From Mycobacteriales bacterium (GTDB lineage: Bacteria > Actinomycetota > Actinomycetes > Mycobacteriales > SCTD01): a stretch of DNA of 33,877 nt. Location: the NCBI GenBank assembly GCA_038234255.1, contig JBBSUR010000002.1, positions 1-33,877 on the forward strand, read 5' to 3'. The translations under genes and the position numbers were made by a program. This document shows, in pieces, positions 32,846 through 33,877 of this stretch (position 1 is its first letter; each line of letters opens with the position of its first letter). The notes under the pieces were generated by a model, which was given only the letters and a program-made list of their open reading frames with translations, did not search any database and was not told where the DNA came from.

Positions 32846-33007
32846 TCACTGCGCCCGTTCCCGAGCCACCAGCACCGCATCGCGGTAGGTCGAGCCGGCA
32901 CCGACGGCTAACAAAGCCTCCGCGACCCCGCGGGCGACGAACTGACACTTCCTCGCGGCGTGCGGCCCCTCGTGCAGGTCGAGGTCGCGCTCGCACCGCT
33001 CCAACAT
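32846..33007 (-). CDS. hypothetical 53-aa ORF, possibly an N-terminal gene fragment
   Basis: MLERCERDLDLHEGPHAARKCQFVARGVAEALLAVGAGSTYRDAVLVARERAQ. It has high third-position G+C and an HTH-like stretch, but no family was recognised and the context is gene debris. Confidence 0.25.
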   Translation of the reverse strand: MLERCERDLDLHEGPHAARKCQFVARGVAEALLAVGAGSTYRDAVLVARERAQ

Positions 33008-33022
33008 GTGGCTCGATCTCTG

Positions 33023-33440
33023 AGGAGCTGAAGCGGCTGAAGCCGGTTCGGGCTGGGTGATCGAGGGGACCAGTGTCGTCGGCGACGCCGTCATCGAGAA
33101 CCTGCGTGCCCAGGGGATCGTCGTGGAGCGGGTGAGCGGCCAGGACCGTTACTCGACCGCCGCCGCAGTGGCGGGCAAGTTCTTCGTCGACCCGACCGGG
33201 CCTACTACGCCTCAGGCGCTACCTTCGCCGAGGCGCTCGGTCGTGGGGCGGCCGCGGCCGAACGGGGCTGGCCGCTGCTGCTCACAGCACCGGACTACTT
33301 GCCGGCCGCGACCCCGGTCGTCGCGGCAACCAGCGGGTCGTGCTCGGCGGCACGGCCGCGATCAGCGATGCTGTGGTGGCTCAGTTGCAAATCCGTCGGG
33401 TCGCCGGCGCCGACCGGTTCGCTAGTGGTCACGCCCGTAA
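33023..33440 (+). pseudogene. fragment of a second CWB2-repeat wall-binding protein with at least two frameshifts
   Basis: GTSVVGDAVIENLRAQGIVVERVSGQDRYSTAAAVAGKFF / YYASGATFAEALGRGAAAAERGWPLLLTAPDYLPAAT / RVVLGGTAAISDAVVAQLQIRRVAGADRFA lie in three different frames. There is no N-terminal domain or signal peptide. Confidence 0.6.
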
Positions 33441-33616
33441 GTTCGTCGGGGGTCAGGCAGCGCCCCGCTGGCGTCCTTGATGTCCTTCTTCGACAGCGGC
33501 TGGACCGGCCTCGCACTCGACCGCCACCATCCGACGGGCGGACAGGTGCCCGCGATGTCAAGAGCCATGGGTCAGCTTGTGGACAACTTCTCGTTGCCCA
33601 GCAAGCACTTTCGCTC

Positions 33617-33645
33617 TTGCCAACATCGCGGCGATATGGCATAAT
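33617..33645 (+). promoter_or_regulatory. near-consensus sigma-70 promoter positioned for a leaderless mRNA
   Basis: TTGCCA, a 17-nt spacer, then CATAAT. The ATG at 33653 begins 7 nt after the -10 hexamer and has no Shine-Dalgarno sequence. Confidence 0.5.
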
Positions 33646-33652
33646 CGAACGC

Positions 33653-33877
33653 ATGAGCGACAGTGCGGGCGGGGATGCGGGCGGGGATCGGGTCGATGTC
33701 GCGGCCCTCACCCGCCGCGTGCGCGCCGGTGACCGGGCGGCGCTCACCGAAGCACTGGAGCTCCTGCCAGCGCTGGACCCGGGACCGCAGAGCGCCGCGT
33801 TGCTGATGGCCCTACCCGCCACCGATGATCGCTGCGCGATGGCGACCGAACTCCACGCGTGGGATCGGCACGTGTCG
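33653..33877 (+). CDS. hypothetical protein, 3'-truncated by window edge
   Basis: Open frame of 75 codons to the window end: MSDSAGGDAGGDRVDVAALTRRVRAGDRAALTEALELLPALDPGPQSAALLMAL... It has high third-position G+C. The family is not recognised (ECF-sigma-like, HEAT-like or MeaB-like N-termini are all conceivable). Confidence 0.45.
   Translation, partial: MSDSAGGDAGGDRVDVAALTRRVRAGDRAALTEALELLPALDPGPQSAALLMALPATDDRCAMATELHAWDRHVS

Noticed and set aside
33295-33822. 175-aa minus-strand ORF
   Set aside because: It is antisense to the CWB2 fragment, the promoter and the terminal partial ORF, and its product is Ser/Arg/Ala-rich low-complexity.

Overview
High-G+C actinobacterial chromosome segment. 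From about 1 to 24975 it is a conserved housekeeping backbone. As far as I recall, the gene order resembles the Streptomyces SCO48xx region and the M. tuberculosis Rv0949-Rv0957 block. Backbone genes are sdhA (5'-truncated by the window edge), sdhB, a short class-II UvrA paralog with a coupled small membrane protein, a D-Ala-D-Ala carboxypeptidase, YihY/BrkB, a 2H phosphoesterase, trpS, icd, mdh, DUF3017, an FHA-LuxR regulator, folD, purH, purN, DUF4282, DUF4190, a PerM-like membrane protein, sucD, sucC, a stand-alone B12-binding protein, an M23 peptidase, pcrA and a PIG-L deacetylase. From about 25000 to 33600 the window looks accessory. It first carries an apparently intact cell-envelope cluster: a 1045-aa secreted NHL-repeat beta-propeller protein ending in three CWB2 wall-binding repeats, an ATGA-coupled 62-aa ORF, and a convergent UbiA-family prenyltransferase coupled to a small 3-TM protein. 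About 3.3 kb of gene debris follows. It contains a GAF/SpoIIE phosphatase remnant, a 14-16-nt tandem repeat, GAF, ABC-ATPase and ExeA/TniB fragments, a multiply frameshifted P-loop kinase, and a broken CWB2 paralog. The window ends with a near-consensus promoter placed for a leaderless transcript of an unidentified partial ORF. I recognised no tRNA, rRNA, CRISPR array, integrase or intact transposase. Most of the long ORFs in the supplied track are antisense or out-of-frame shadow ORFs, as expected for this G+C content. All product calls rest on motif recognition by eye and need homology searches. The best candidate for something new is the NHL-CWB2 / UbiA envelope module and its decayed neighbourhood, but its function is inference only.
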